Below, piece by piece: positions 52,332 to 64,000 of a stretch of 64,000 nucleotides of DNA; within the stretch, counting starts at the first letter, position 1, and each line of letters starts with the position of its first letter. The notes under the pieces were generated by a model that worked only from the letters and a program-made list of their open reading frames with translations, searched no databases and was not told where the DNA came from. A program made the translations under genes and the position numbers. Source of the stretch: Isurus oxyrinchus. Its lineage: Eukaryota. The DNA lies in contig JANJGN010000027.1 of assembly GCA_026770705.1 (NCBI GenBank), forward strand, positions 34,472,001 through 34,536,000, read 5' to 3'.

Positions 52332-52844
52332 ATTTATACATTGCCAGTGGAGTTCTAGCACAGGATTAAGTAGACTCAACATCCCTCGCATTGACCCGAT
52401 CAAACATTTCCAGGGCAGGTGCAGCACAGCGTTACGTACAAAATAAATTCCCCTTGATGCCAAGTTTGGGTTACCGACAGGCTCACTTTGCCCGTGATCT
52501 CATTGACGCCTTGTTTATAACATGGGCAGAAGAGCTGAGCCATGGAGAAAAGGTGAGAGTGATTGGCCTTGAAATCAAGGCCGACTGTGTTTGGATTTGT
52601 CCTAGTTTGGTAGCAAATATCTGTAGCAAAATCGTAGTCAATGGGAATCAGGGAGAAAACTCTGCAAGTGTTAGCGTCATACCTAGCCCAACGGAAGATG
52701 GCTGCACTGGTCGGAGGTCAGTATCCCAGCTCCAGGACATCACTGCAGGAGTTTCTCTGACTATTGCCCTCGGCCGACGCACCTGCAGCTGCTTTATCAA
52801 TTACCTTCCTCCCTTCATTGAAGGCAAGGTAGAGGGCGTCTGAT

Positions 52845-53490
52845 TCTATATAAACTGTGCATTTTGAAGGCAAAACAGAGCATTCATGTACATTGCAATT
52901 TGAATAGAATATAAATGTAGGGAAGTTATAGTGCAGCCTTACAAGCCTTGGTACTTACGAGGGTCACTGGCGATCTGTGTGCAACTTTGGTATCCTTATG
53001 GAGAAAAATAAAGCCATACAATTTCTGCAGATGCCGTTCATGGAAGGTTGACTGGACTCATTCCTGAAATGAATGTTCATCTTTTGAAGAAGCATTGAAC
53101 AGTTTGTCCATATACCTATGGGATTTTCAGAGAATTATGAGCTGATCTTATGAAACATTTAAGACTCTGAGGGGTCCTGACAGAGTGGACTTTCAAAGCA
53201 TGTTGCCTCTTCTCGGGATTCTGAAACTAGCGGCCACATGTTTAGCAATACGAGGTCTCTTTTTTAGATAGAGACTTGGAGTTTTTTTTTCCTCCGGAAG
53301 TGTCGTTGATGTGTGGAGGTCTGTTCCCCAGGGAGCACTTGAGGCTTGATAATTGAATTTCTTCAAAGCAAAATGAGGCAGATTTTTGTCATTCAAACGA
53401 TTCCAGGGTTATGAGGGCAGAGAGAAATTAGAGATAAGATACCACCAGATCAGCCATGAGTTATTGGCAAAATAATGCTCCTTTCTTCCT
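52845..53490 (+). mobile_element. Highly decayed CR1 3' fragment
   Basis: ATAGAATATAAATGTAGGGAAGTTATAGTGCAGCCTTACAAG and downstream sequence resemble the CR1 copies at 27290-27800. Confidence 0.55.
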
Positions 53491-53739
53491 TTCTATCTAC
53501 GCCATGTTATAAATGGTACATGGCTGTCTGATTAGGCTGTTTGGATGGAGATTTATTCTTTACCAAACCCAAAGCTGTACGTAGGCTTTCACTTCTTGAT
53601 TAGACTGGGCAAAATATTCTTTAACCTGAAACATGCTTCAAGTTATAAATTATTTGGACATTTGATGTTTCAGTTTATAATGAAATGTAATGTTACCATA
53701 CTCATTGTAACAACTTTGGGAGATCAACTGTGTAGTTCA

Positions 53740-53995
53740 GAGGAAGCTTGAATCTGTATATAACCCTGTGGCTTAGCCTGCCCAGGGAGGGTGTTAACCG
53801 TGACTGTGTCGATGGAGCTTGAGCCAATATCCAATGCTGGGCTTTGCATGCAAAGGGAGCCTTTGATGGGGGCAGTATATCAGGGGATTTACTCTCTATC
53901 TAACACCGATCTGTGCCTGTCCTGTTAGTGCTTGATGGAAACTGCGTTGAGGGAGATTTACTCAGGGTCCAACCCTGTGCTGTAACTGTCCAGCC
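53740..53995 (+). repeat. Degenerate ~67-70-bp minisatellite (3-4 units); an inverse-orientation unit lies at about 52350-52455
   Basis: Recurring GGAGxTTTACTCTxTATCTAACCC.GTGCTGT.CCTGTCC.G.GAGTG.TTGATGG pattern. Confidence 0.55.
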
Positions 53996-56420
53996 TAGAT
54001 AAGTCATATGTTCCTTGTGCAGTGAATTTGGGGTTTATGTAACTCGAACCCGTCTGGGGGAGGGGGGGGGGGTTAACGCACAAAGGGGTAAATCCCTACA
54101 GGATGGAAACACCAGGTCAGTTGATTTGTATGTTTAATATTACTGAAAGAGTTTGTGCCATGGAGCTGGTGAAGACAATTATTAATTCAAATGATGTAGC
54201 ATTTGTAGAGGAGATGGAGTATTGTGTTACCACAAAGAGGAAATGGTATCAGTATCGGTAGAATTTGAAATGTCCCATAAGACCAATTATATCTTGGTTC
54301 GCTTCTGAGGGACCCGTATTGGATGAAAGGAGGGAGTTTATAAATTGATTTAGTCAAAACAGCACTGAGCTTGAAGTCAGGGACTCACCTAATGGGATGC
54401 TGCGGGATTATGTGGTGTTATTTTGTTATGAAATTCCCGCTGTAACTGACCATCTAGTCCAACTGCGAGAAGAGAGTCATCAATCCAAGGAAGATATTAA
54501 AGGTAACAGCAGGCAGATCATTAGATCCTCCTGAAATCCAGAACATTAATAAGTGGTCCTCCTTGGATATGTTAAGGGACTGGGGATTTAATGCTGAAGA
54601 CCACTTTTAGTTACAAATTACCTCACATGTGGTAGTTGATCTGCAGTCGATTATCGTCATATATCTATTGTATTACTAATGCCGACAACATATAAAACTG
54701 GAACAAGGAGCTCAAAGCTCACGTGCAGAACCAGAAGCATTGATGTAAGTGTTGTCATATTCTCAGGAATAAAAATTAGTGACATGTAATGTGGATGCTG
54801 TAGGGCAGTGGATCATTTTAATTGCATTGTATTAAGCGAACTTAATGATGTAACTGTGCTTTAACTTCTTTCACTGTAATGATTGCAAGTTGCTTATGAT
54901 GCAGTGCTGTGGTTAGGGTTTGCCTGATGGTGGTGAAACGTCGCAGCTATGTTGAAGAGCTTTTATCTGAAGACATCGCTGAGGTGCAAATTGTACTTTT
55001 CAAAATAGAGAGCTTCAACGAAACAGACGGACACAGACACAAAACTCATAGAAATACAAACACTAATTAACAATAACACAGGCACAAGCAGGCATTTCAG
55101 GCGAGGTCTCCAGTGTGTAGTCACCGTTCAGCTACAGGTAAGGCATTCCATGAACTGTGATTTGAGAAAAGAAAGTCCCGATTTGGCAAAATTAAAAAAA
55201 AAGTCCCAAAGAAATCAGTTTGTTCCCCCCAGTTTAAAGGCGGAGTTTAACCTTTTGTCAGGAGCTGGTATGGGTTGGTGGTGACCATAAGATCACAACA
55301 CACACAGAGTGGGGTATAAAGTTTTGCAACAGGCTTGCACGTACAGGAGGACAGCCTTCCCATCTCCTACTTGATTAGGAACTCATTGTGACATGTCGGA
55401 TCCTGTTGTGCTCTTTCCTTTCTTGTATCTGTATCTTCCGATATCTCTGTCTCTCTATCTGTCTCGGCTGTCTGTCTGTCTGTCTGTCTCTCTGTCTCTC
55501 TCTCTCTCCATCTCTGCCGAGATATTTGTTAGCATATTTAATCTTTTAGTACATGTAAAACATATGTAAAATGTGATTTGTCATTACTTTATTGGGGTGA
55601 TCGTGGTGGAGTGGGGGTGGCAAGGGGATGACGGATGGCAGGGGATGCGATAGGGTGCTGACGGAGTGGTCACATTTGCCACATGCCCCTACAAACCCAG
55701 TCTGTGAGGCTTTGGGGTTAGTTGTGTGTGGAGGGAATTGTGTGTTTCACTGGCCCCTGTCCTTGTTCTTGTCCCTGTCATTTCAGTGCAGGCTCTGTGA
55801 CTGAGGAATAACGAGTTACAATTATTCAAACTGCAGGATTTTTTGCTATCTGACATTGTGGACTAGATTTAGCCCTTCAATCTTAATTACTGGGACAGAT
55901 TTATCAGGAGATTAGTATCTTGCTCCTGGTGCAGTCCTGTGTGCACAAATTGACAACGGAAAGTTGGGATTGAAGGAGAATCACAAGAGAGAGGAAAACA
56001 GAGAGAGCAGTGATGGGAGCGATAGAGAGAGGGGTTACGGGCATGTTACTGTATGTCTCCAGGTATGTAGTAGCTGCCCAGACTCAGGACAAAATCCCCT
56101 CGCCCGCATTCTTCAAAAAAGTTTGAACAGTTATACGAATAACAGTCGGATATTGAGTGGATGAATCCTGGGATCCTCCTGCATTATTTCCTTTAAAAAA
56201 AAGTTTTCACCCTTTTCACCAGTCCTCACCTAAGGCATGTATATCTTGGAACTCTCACAGTGTGGTCTGCAGGATCTCACTATGCGCAAGTATCAACTGA
56301 ACTTCCTAAGTTAGATCAGACACCACACTTTAAGAAAGTGAATTCAAAAACTGTGAAGCACTCAGGTTTCAAATTAAATTTGTTAACGTGAAGGTTTTAG
56401 TATTTCCGAATAATGCTGCA

Positions 56421-56517
56421 ATGGATTCAGGTTTTAATGGAATTCCAGTTCAATTCATTATGGTTATGGTCTTGGTCATCCTTCTCTCTCACTTTCTGCA
56501 TGTGCACCCAATGGCAC
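56421..56517 (+). CDS. Candidate first exon encoding a signal peptide (orphan)
   Basis: MDSGFNGIPVQFIMVMVLVILLSHFLHVHPMA followed by C|GTAGGA (phase 1); no downstream exon recognised. Confidence 0.3.
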
Positions 56518-58179
56518 GTAGGAGGGAGAAGGAGAGAGAGAGAGAGGCTGTGTGGAAGAAGAGGGGAAGAGACAAAGATAGGAGAGGTAGAAAAGAGAGA
56601 GAATGACAGATAGAGGACAAATTGAATAAAACAGTGAGATCGAGAGAGAGGGAGAAAGCAGATTTTCAGGGAAGGATACGAGATACATGGACTGGGAGAG
56701 GCAGTGAGAGAATGAGAGAGCGAGAGAGAGCAGGACAGTGCGAGAAGTGAACATGGAGATACAGGAAAAAAAGGATATACAAAGAGCTATAGAGAGAGAG
56801 AGCAGAGTTTAGGGCAGGGATATGAGATAGAGCGAGAGAGAGGTTGAGAGAGAAACAGGAGGGAGGATGGATTGAGGGATCACAGAGAAGGAGAAGAGTT
56901 TGAATATATAGTGAGAGAGACAGAACGTGAGGGGTAGAGAAAGAGAAAAGGGGAGACAGGCAGATAAAAGTGGAGTAGAGAGATTGATGGAAACAGTGAG
57001 AGTAAAAGAGAGAGGGAGGAACACATGAAGGAGATAGGGTTAATGGAAAGTAAATGTATGGAGGGTGGAGGAGTGGGACCAGGGAAAAATGTTTTCAAAT
57101 TTACCAATGTCCCTGGTGTTACTGAGTTTGGCATTTTGCTGTGTAGAATTACCAGACGGCACAGATTGATGGTGATTAGTAGCAGAATCAGAGGAGACAT
57201 GAGGAAAAACATTTTCACGCAGAGGATGGCGGTGTCTGGAAATCACTGCCCGGATTTGTGGCAGTGGCAGAAACATTCAGCTCATGGATAAATTGCCGGG
57301 ATCAGCTCCACAAGTTCTGAAACCTGAAAGATTACGGACCGGGTGCAAGAACGTCGGATTAGAATGTACAACTACATTTCTTCAGCATTTGCAGGCACAA
57401 TGGACTGAATGGGTTCTTTCTGTGTCATAACACTTCTATGGTACCATATGAAGGGAGGGGAACTATGCTGGACTATGTGTGTACAGAGTTGGAGGCGTCA
57501 GGGAGTTGAGTGGTATGATCGGAGAGGGACAATCGTGCAATGAATTGATAAGAGGTGGTTGGAGATTGAATGGGAGAGTGACAGACATGGACTGGACGTA
57601 CATGTGGTTGTGCGTGTGGGGGTGGTGGTGCTGTGGCGGTTTTTGGGGAGTATGAAAGGCAGAGTGGCAGCCCTGGACAGAGAGGGTATGGGGAGGGTTG
57701 CAAGTGCGGGGATGGAAGAGGGATAGTCCTTGTCCGGTTGCCAATCTGGTGGTGGTGGGTGGTGGAGGTGAGGATGTGTGATGGACGTATGGGTGTGGTA
57801 ATTGTTGAGGGCTTTGTAATTGCAGGGGGACAATCCTGGAACGAGTGGAAATGAGATAGTCTTTGGTGGGGAAAGTAACGAATATCCAAGGCATAGATAA
57901 TTCATTATTGTGATTTTAGTATTACATTTCAATAGTCATGAAAATAAATTGAGGGGTGCACAAATCTAGACGTTTGCGTGTGGAAGTGTGTGTGGGGTGA
58001 AGGCTTCTCAGCTTTATGGGCACCGAAAACTAATTAATAGTGGCCTCCTGATAACAAGGAGAGGTGGGAATCACAACATTTGGGGAATGGCCGTACATTC
58101 AGCATCAGCCACTTAAAAAATCTCTATGTGAGTCGGAGAATGTTTGTTACCCCAATTTAGCTCCCGATCACAATGCCTC

Positions 58180-58817
58180 CTTTTCTACATCTCTGTCTCC
58201 AATCTCTTAACCTCTCGGTATGCCCCTCAACTCCCCCACTCCACCACCTACCACTCTGTCTCATGTCTCTGCCTCTGTCTCTTATGCTCGCTGTCTCTCC
58301 CAGTCTATACCTGTCGCTCTCCAACTCACTTTATCTCAGTCGATCTCCCTCTCTATCTGACTACCCCTTCACACATAATTCACACCTCTCTCTTTCTTTC
58401 TCTCTATCTCTATCTCTGGCAATGTCTCCCTCTCAAAATATATGTCTCTCTTTCTCTATACCCTTCAGTCTCACTCTCTCTGTCTCTCTTTCAGCGTCTC
58501 AGTCTCTCTCTGTCTCTCTCACTCTCTCTCTGTCACCGTACTTTCTGTCGCCCTCACTTTTTCTCTAGTTATCTTTCTCTCTGCCACTCTTTTATTCTCA
58601 AAGTATCTCTCTCTCTCTGTTTCTGTCTCTCGCTTTCTCTCACTTGCTTTCTCGCTCTCAACCAATCTGTCTCACTCTTCCTTTCTCTCTGTCTCTTTCT
58701 TTCAAAGTCTCTCTGTCTCTGAGTCTCTCTTTCTCTCTATGTCTACCTCTGTCTGTCTGTCTGTCCGTCCCTCTCTCTCTCTCTGCCTTACTCTGTCTCT
58801 CTCCCTATTTTTCTCTA

Positions 58818-58850
<33 letters not shown>

Positions 58851-58862
58851 GTCTCCCTCTCC
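58180..58862 (-). repeat. (CT)n-rich tract, i.e. GA-rich on the sense strand of GPCR paralog 2
   Basis: Visible pyrimidine composition. Confidence 0.9.
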
Positions 58863-59155
58863 ATCAGCGAGGAGCCTCAATGATGGACGGGCAGCCCGGC
58901 CAATAGAAAGGCAGAGGTGTTAAGGGGGATTTGTTCCTCCTGCCCAATCAGTGTGAAATATGCACGATGGACGGGCAGCCAGAGAATTGGAGGGCAGAGA
59001 ATTGTGGCTCCGTTTTTCACATAACAATCAGAGAGGGATAGATATGATGGACAGCCAGACCAGCCAGCTGGATGGCGCAGCTGTCTCGAAGTGTGCTTTC
59101 CTTTCCCAATCAGTGAGGGATTATATGATGCTAACTCTCAATGACTGAGTTGTTC

Positions 59156-60037
59156 TTATTGTTGAATTAATTGCAGAATTGGTGTAAAGGGATATTTCAG
59201 CACAGTATTCAACTGCTGTCTGAACAGCATCTGTGTCACAGTGTAAATCATTGTTAGTGCAGCAGCTCAAGAGCTGCAGCATGAAGCCCAATTCCATGAC
59301 AAATTCATCTAAAACAACAGAATCAGAACCCAAATTCCACGCCCACCACCATATAAAATGAATCATTGACACTGACGTCAACAGGATGAAAATAGCAGCA
59401 AAACAGCAAAATGATGGATTTCATTTGACTCTCCATCTCTGGGTCTCTGGGAATCTCCCCACTCCTGTGATTCCGGAGTCTCCTGCGGGCTCTGCTGCTC
59501 AGTAGAATGTGTCTGACAGTGAGAACATTAAGCAGCAGAATCAGGACAAATGGGACACAAGGGGTTAGAATGTGATGGAGGAACTCGATTGTTGTCCAGA
59601 CGGGAGAGATCTGATCATCGACTGTGGCACCATAAAACCAAGGGGCGTTCCCGAGCAAATACCAACCTATGAACATAAAATGCCTGATTTTTTTTAAACA
59701 GTTCAGCACAGTCACTGTCCCAAGGACCATAGCCCTGGTTTTCTTGCTGCATTATTTACCTTTCAACTTTGCCGCACAAATGGCCACACATCAGTCACGA
59801 GGTGAAATTGATGGTGAAACAGGCAGGACAGTCAGTGGCTGCATAAAGCAGAATGGCATGAATATTGCAAACGGTAATGGAAAAAAGAAACAAATCTGTT
59901 CCTCAAAAACAATCTCAATATGAGGTCCAGGGAAACAAGCAGCAGATCCCCCACTACCATGGCCACCAGGTAACAAGTGACACATTTGGCCACACCAATG
60001 TTTTTGCAATTCTGTGCCACAATTGTGATGAAGTTGA
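59156..60037 (-). pseudogene. GPR139/GPR142-like GPCR paralog 2, coding exon 2, multiple frameshifts
   Basis: Acceptor TTGCTTCCTTGCAG (phase 1); NFITIVA, KCVTCYLVAM..GDLL, VLGTVTVL, HHILTPCVPFVLILLLNVLTVRHILLSSR, ELGFMLQLLSCCTN, LKYPFTPILQLIQQ-TAA, spread over several frames; exon 1 not found in the window. Confidence 0.9.
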
Positions 60038-60831
60038 CTGCAAGGAAGCAAATAATCAATTAATATATTCATCAGGCAGGGGAAGATGTTAACAGTTTGA
60101 TTATGAAGTATTTGATACTATCAAACATGTGGCTGCAACACGTGATGCATTGAATTAAATGGACATGAAATAACATATGAAAAGGATCTTCACACTGTGC
60201 ATAGACGCAGAGATTAAATAACCAGCAAAGGCTGTAAGAAAGGAGGGGTGCGATAGGAAACGGTGAAGTCAATGATAATAGTGGACCTAATGGTGACATT
60301 GGGACAAAGGCATAATGGAAGGACTCAGGTCTGGGGGGTGGGGAGCGGGGGGGGGGGTCAGTCAAGATTGACGGGGGGCAGAGTGTGATGTATGAAACCA
60401 GAGGTGATGTGTGTGTTACAGATGGGGGATAGAATGACTTCTCATTTCCCTCTCTTCTCTACTCGCTGCAACAAGGTGGATTTCCAATGAGGAGCGTTTA
60501 ACCCCTCCAGTGGTATACTAAATTTTACTTATACCAATTCACAACATAGATTTTCTTGTCATTATAAAAATCGAAAAAATGGATAGAAGCTTATTTATTA
60601 CAAACGAGAGTAGGAAAATCATAGTAAAACTTTCTCTACAAACACACTTAAGACAATACTTTTCTTCTGGAAATGTAAGATGCACTTTTATGATTAGAAG
60701 TGAGAACAGAAACATGTCACTTTTCTACAGTCCATCCGCCGGTGGTTGAAAACTTGGCAGGCTTAAGGGTTCCACTCCTCGTTTCTTAAAGACAAATAAT
60801 GTCTATTACAGCATGTTTTTAAAAAGCCCGT

Positions 60832-61206
60832 AATGCAGACAGACCACAGGTGTTCTGCAAAGCGGTCGCCCAGTTTACGTTTGGTCTCTCCAATGTAGGG
60901 GAGACCGCATTGGGAGCAATGAATGCAGTAGACTAAGTTGGGGGAAATGCAAGTGAAATGTTGCTTCACTTGAAAGGAGTGTTTGGGCCCTTGGACAGTG
61001 AGGAGAGAGGAAGTGAAGGGGCAGGTGTTGCATCTTTATAACTCCCTCCCCCATTCCCACCCCCTTTCTGTTTCTTCCCCCTCCCTTTTGTTTTTTTTCC
61101 AATAATTTATATAGATTTTCCTTTTCCCACCTATTTCCATTATTCTTAAATCTATACCTTTTATGCCGTGATAGTCTTATTTCACCCCACCCCCACTAGA
61201 GCTATA
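60832..61206. mobile_element. PLE fragment with internal inversion (minus-strand GIY-YIG piece joined to a plus-strand 3' UTR piece)
   Basis: 60832-61037 matches 47605-47810 (NLVYCIHCSQCGLPYIGETKRKLGDRFAEH on minus); 61041-61206 matches 51778-51930 on plus. Confidence 0.85.
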
Positions 61207-61207
61207 T

Positions 61208-62400
61208 TTTGGTATGGCGGTAATTTTTGGGAGTGAGATTGAGTTTAAGATTCTTGTGGAGAGCAGAAGCATCCAGGAACGAGCCAGGGAACCTGGTTGT
61301 TTCCGGAATTCTGGAGCAATGTTGTCATATCCCGCTGCTTTGCCACATTTCAGGTCCTTTAATGCTGTTTCCAGTTCTGTGATCTTGAAGAATTGAGGGC
61401 TGCCATATTTTATATTCTGCTGGAGTTGTTTATTCAGTTAAATAGATGTAGTGAGTTTTGTTTTCTTATCCAGCGGTGTGCTCATTGTATTATACCAAGG
61501 GTGAGCAACTTGCTATGGAGCAAACAACAGGCAATTTTTGAACAGTTCCATGACAGTGAATCAGGCTGCAGCACTTCCGACTGTAACGAAGGGAATTGAG
61601 CAGTGAAGTTATTTCCTTCCATTTGGTGCGGCGAGCAGCATTGAGAGACTCGATGAGGTAGTCTGCCATGTCAGGGTCACCGGATGATTCATATTCCCTG
61701 AGGAGTGTTGTGCTCTCTGTTTTGAGCCATGGAGCACAGCTGGATCGGCAGCCACCAAAGATGACTAAGCAAGTGGCATTATGAATGTCACCACACTGGC
61801 ACTCACATTTATCTTCGACAGGTATGATATGGAAAAGTGTACTTGCAGTAATGCGGTCCCAGGTCTTGATGTATTTTTGACAGTTTACAGAAGTTGAATT
61901 ATATCTTCCCAGCTCTGCTGACGGCTGAAAGGCAAATTTTGGTGAGCGATGATTGTGTTGACAATGAACGAAATCATTCACAGCCAGTCAGGTTGAGGGT
62001 GGCCATCAAGGGCGCGTTGCCAGCACAGGTAAAGTGAATATTTCAGAACCATCCAGCTGATTTGAACTTTTCCTGCCCCTTGCGGTCGTGTATCAATGTG
62101 AGGTTATTTTCTGGAGGCTGACTCCAGGATCTGTTCACCTTGATTGTTTAGCCTGAATAACCCCAGTTAGTGTGGCGGATGTTGAATTCCTCCACGTAGA
62201 TGCTGGGTGAGGCAGAGCTGGCAGAATTTGTTCTTCCCAGCCGGCAATATGAGGCTTGGACGAGTTTGCAATATTGACGACCCAAATTGTGTTACAGAAT
62301 GATGGCGATGAAAAAGCAGGTCGGATCAGAAATGCGTGTAACGACCATCCTTAACATGATGGGAGAAGCCCAGTTGGTCGCAGTGTTAGATGTAATAGCG
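61208..62400 (-). mobile_element. Vingi/Ingi-like (I-group) LINE fragment: AP endonuclease to start of RT
   Basis: Minus strand: YVEEFNIRHTNWGY (GDFN.HH..WG motif, about 62155-62200); LLREYESSGDPDMADYLIESLNAARRTKWKE (ORF 61490-61981); ELETALKDLKCGKAAGYDNIAPEF (about 61300-61380). Clade assignment from recalled motifs; right boundary approximate. Confidence 0.65.
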
Positions 62401-64000
62401 ACCTGTTTCTTCAGTTCCGATATAGATCTCTTGTAGGCATGTGATGTTGATGGAGTGTTGGGTGGAAAGGCATAGAATAAGGTTTCACTCGAAAGCCAAT
62501 AGACCCTCAATATGAATTTGTAACATTTGGAGTACATGTCCTATTACCATAAATCCACATAGCTGCTCAATGGTGAGATGGCTGGCTGTGGATAATCTGG
62601 GATTCCACCAAGCAGCACATTCCAATGTTTTTAATGTTGTCTTGAATTTCAGGCAGCTCGTAGGATCTTTTAAATTCCCAGGAACATTTGTTTTGGAAAA
62701 CCATATCTTCTAATACAAACTTCAAATTCTTCACAACTCTCTTTGTTGTAATGTTTCACAAAGGAATCACTGCAAGAAACCTTGTGGATAGGGCGGTTAT
62801 TATCATTAGGTACTGATTTCCACATGTAGTCTTGGGGACGTTTTATGCACAAGTAATCATGACTCTCGTTAAATGTTCCACAAAGGCTTGCAATGGGATT
62901 AATTGTGCTGACCTAATCATGTTGTGTGGTTTCCCTATATTCCTAGGTAGTCCACCCATCCCCACCACGACCACCCCTCCCCTCCAACTTGTGAGCTATC
63001 CTCCAGATAACATTTCTATCCACAAATGGCATTACAATCGGAAGCACTTTGCTCAAACTTTCATTTGCTGGAGCATGACACAGCATCTCATTTCTCAGTA
63101 AAATATTACATTTCAGGTATTAACATTCCGGAGTACATTTTTCCTCTGTTTATGAGTAAGCTCTGTGATATTACTGTTTTATTTGCCAACATTTTTTCCT
63201 GTAATTCAAGCACCCGCGTTGAGCTAAACACATCCTCTGCATTCAGTTCTAAGATGTCGGCCTGAACAATTGCATCAACATTTTGTCAGCTAATAGTGCT
63301 TCAAGAACTTCTCCCAGTCATTTAACTTCATGTTCTTCCTGTCCCAACATGAGAGCCTGCGTACCTGTTATCACACATTCTGGAAGCTACCTAGGAAGCT
63401 AATTCTGCAGCCCATCTGTTGAAAACATATCTATAGGCTGCACAATGCAAACGGCATTAATTGCATCTGTAACCAAGCTATATCATTAAAAAAAACCTAT
63501 GGATAAACTGCAAAGACTAATTGTTCACGACTCCCACAGACATTTCAGCTGTTTTCCACTTATTCTTTAAATTTAGATTCCACCAGAGCATAGGTTTAGC
63601 TTCTCTATGAACCCTACGAATGATCAGCGTCCCTGCAGGGCTCACTCTGAACACCGAATTGCACTACCCCACAACATTAAGGATTGACTAGTGTCTCTTA
63701 ACATGTTAACACCATTACCTACTCCACACTGTACACATTATAGGATTCCCCATCAGATACAAAATATTTAAACATTTCCACAAGCATCCTCCAAAACTTC
63801 CTTGTTTAAATGATGAACACCTTCCAACTTCATTACTGATCAAAGATTGTTCCTTTTAACCTGTACACAACCTTTGCGTTTTCCTTTGCCTTAACCTTAA
63901 AACCTACAATGTTTTTCCTTCCAGAACTTTTCTGCACCATAATAATGCCAGCAGGTTGTCCCTGTAACTTTACACACACACTGACTTTGAGTTTTCAACT

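Noticed and set aside
46890-52345. TSD or DNA-transposon TIR interpretation of the large inverted repeat
   Set aside because: The arms encode RT and GIY-YIG rather than a transposase, and no convincing flanking direct repeat was seen
54911-54920. TTAGGG as interstitial telomere
   Set aside because: Single unit, expected by chance
61210-64000. Exon 1 of GPCR paralog 2
   Set aside because: No YYP.LAIVG-like segment with a donor was found on the minus strand; it lies outside the window or is deleted

Overview
Eukaryotic, repeat-rich vertebrate DNA with six N-gaps. The repeat families and GPCR type point to a cartilaginous fish, probably a shark; this is inference from recalled repeat families, not a database result. 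No intact full-length protein-coding gene is visible. Host-derived content: (i) two convergent, disabled GPR139/GPR142-like class A GPCR paralogs (+ strand, two exons 16787-16961 and 29586-30477; - strand, exon 2 at 59156-60037) that share intron and 3' flank sequence; (ii) three in-phase minus-strand exons (4970-9016) encoding a tyrosine-motif cytoplasmic tail (YEEI, YDDA) resembling CD163/WC1/SCART-type scavenger receptors. Mobile content: many CR1-group LINE fragments, an RTE 3' end, a Vingi/Ingi-like LINE, Harbinger transposase plus Myb/SANT remnants, and a Penelope-like element (PLE) family. The PLE terminal repeat carries a 39-nt minimal hammerhead ribozyme fold with a non-canonical CUGUCGA core. 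The family occurs as a 5.4-kb inverted RT/GIY-YIG pair and as ~200-bp stand-alone insertions with 11- and 18-bp target-site duplications. There is also an ~8-kb purine-strand (GA-rich) tract and several TG/GA satellites; most long ORFs in the track are artefacts of these.
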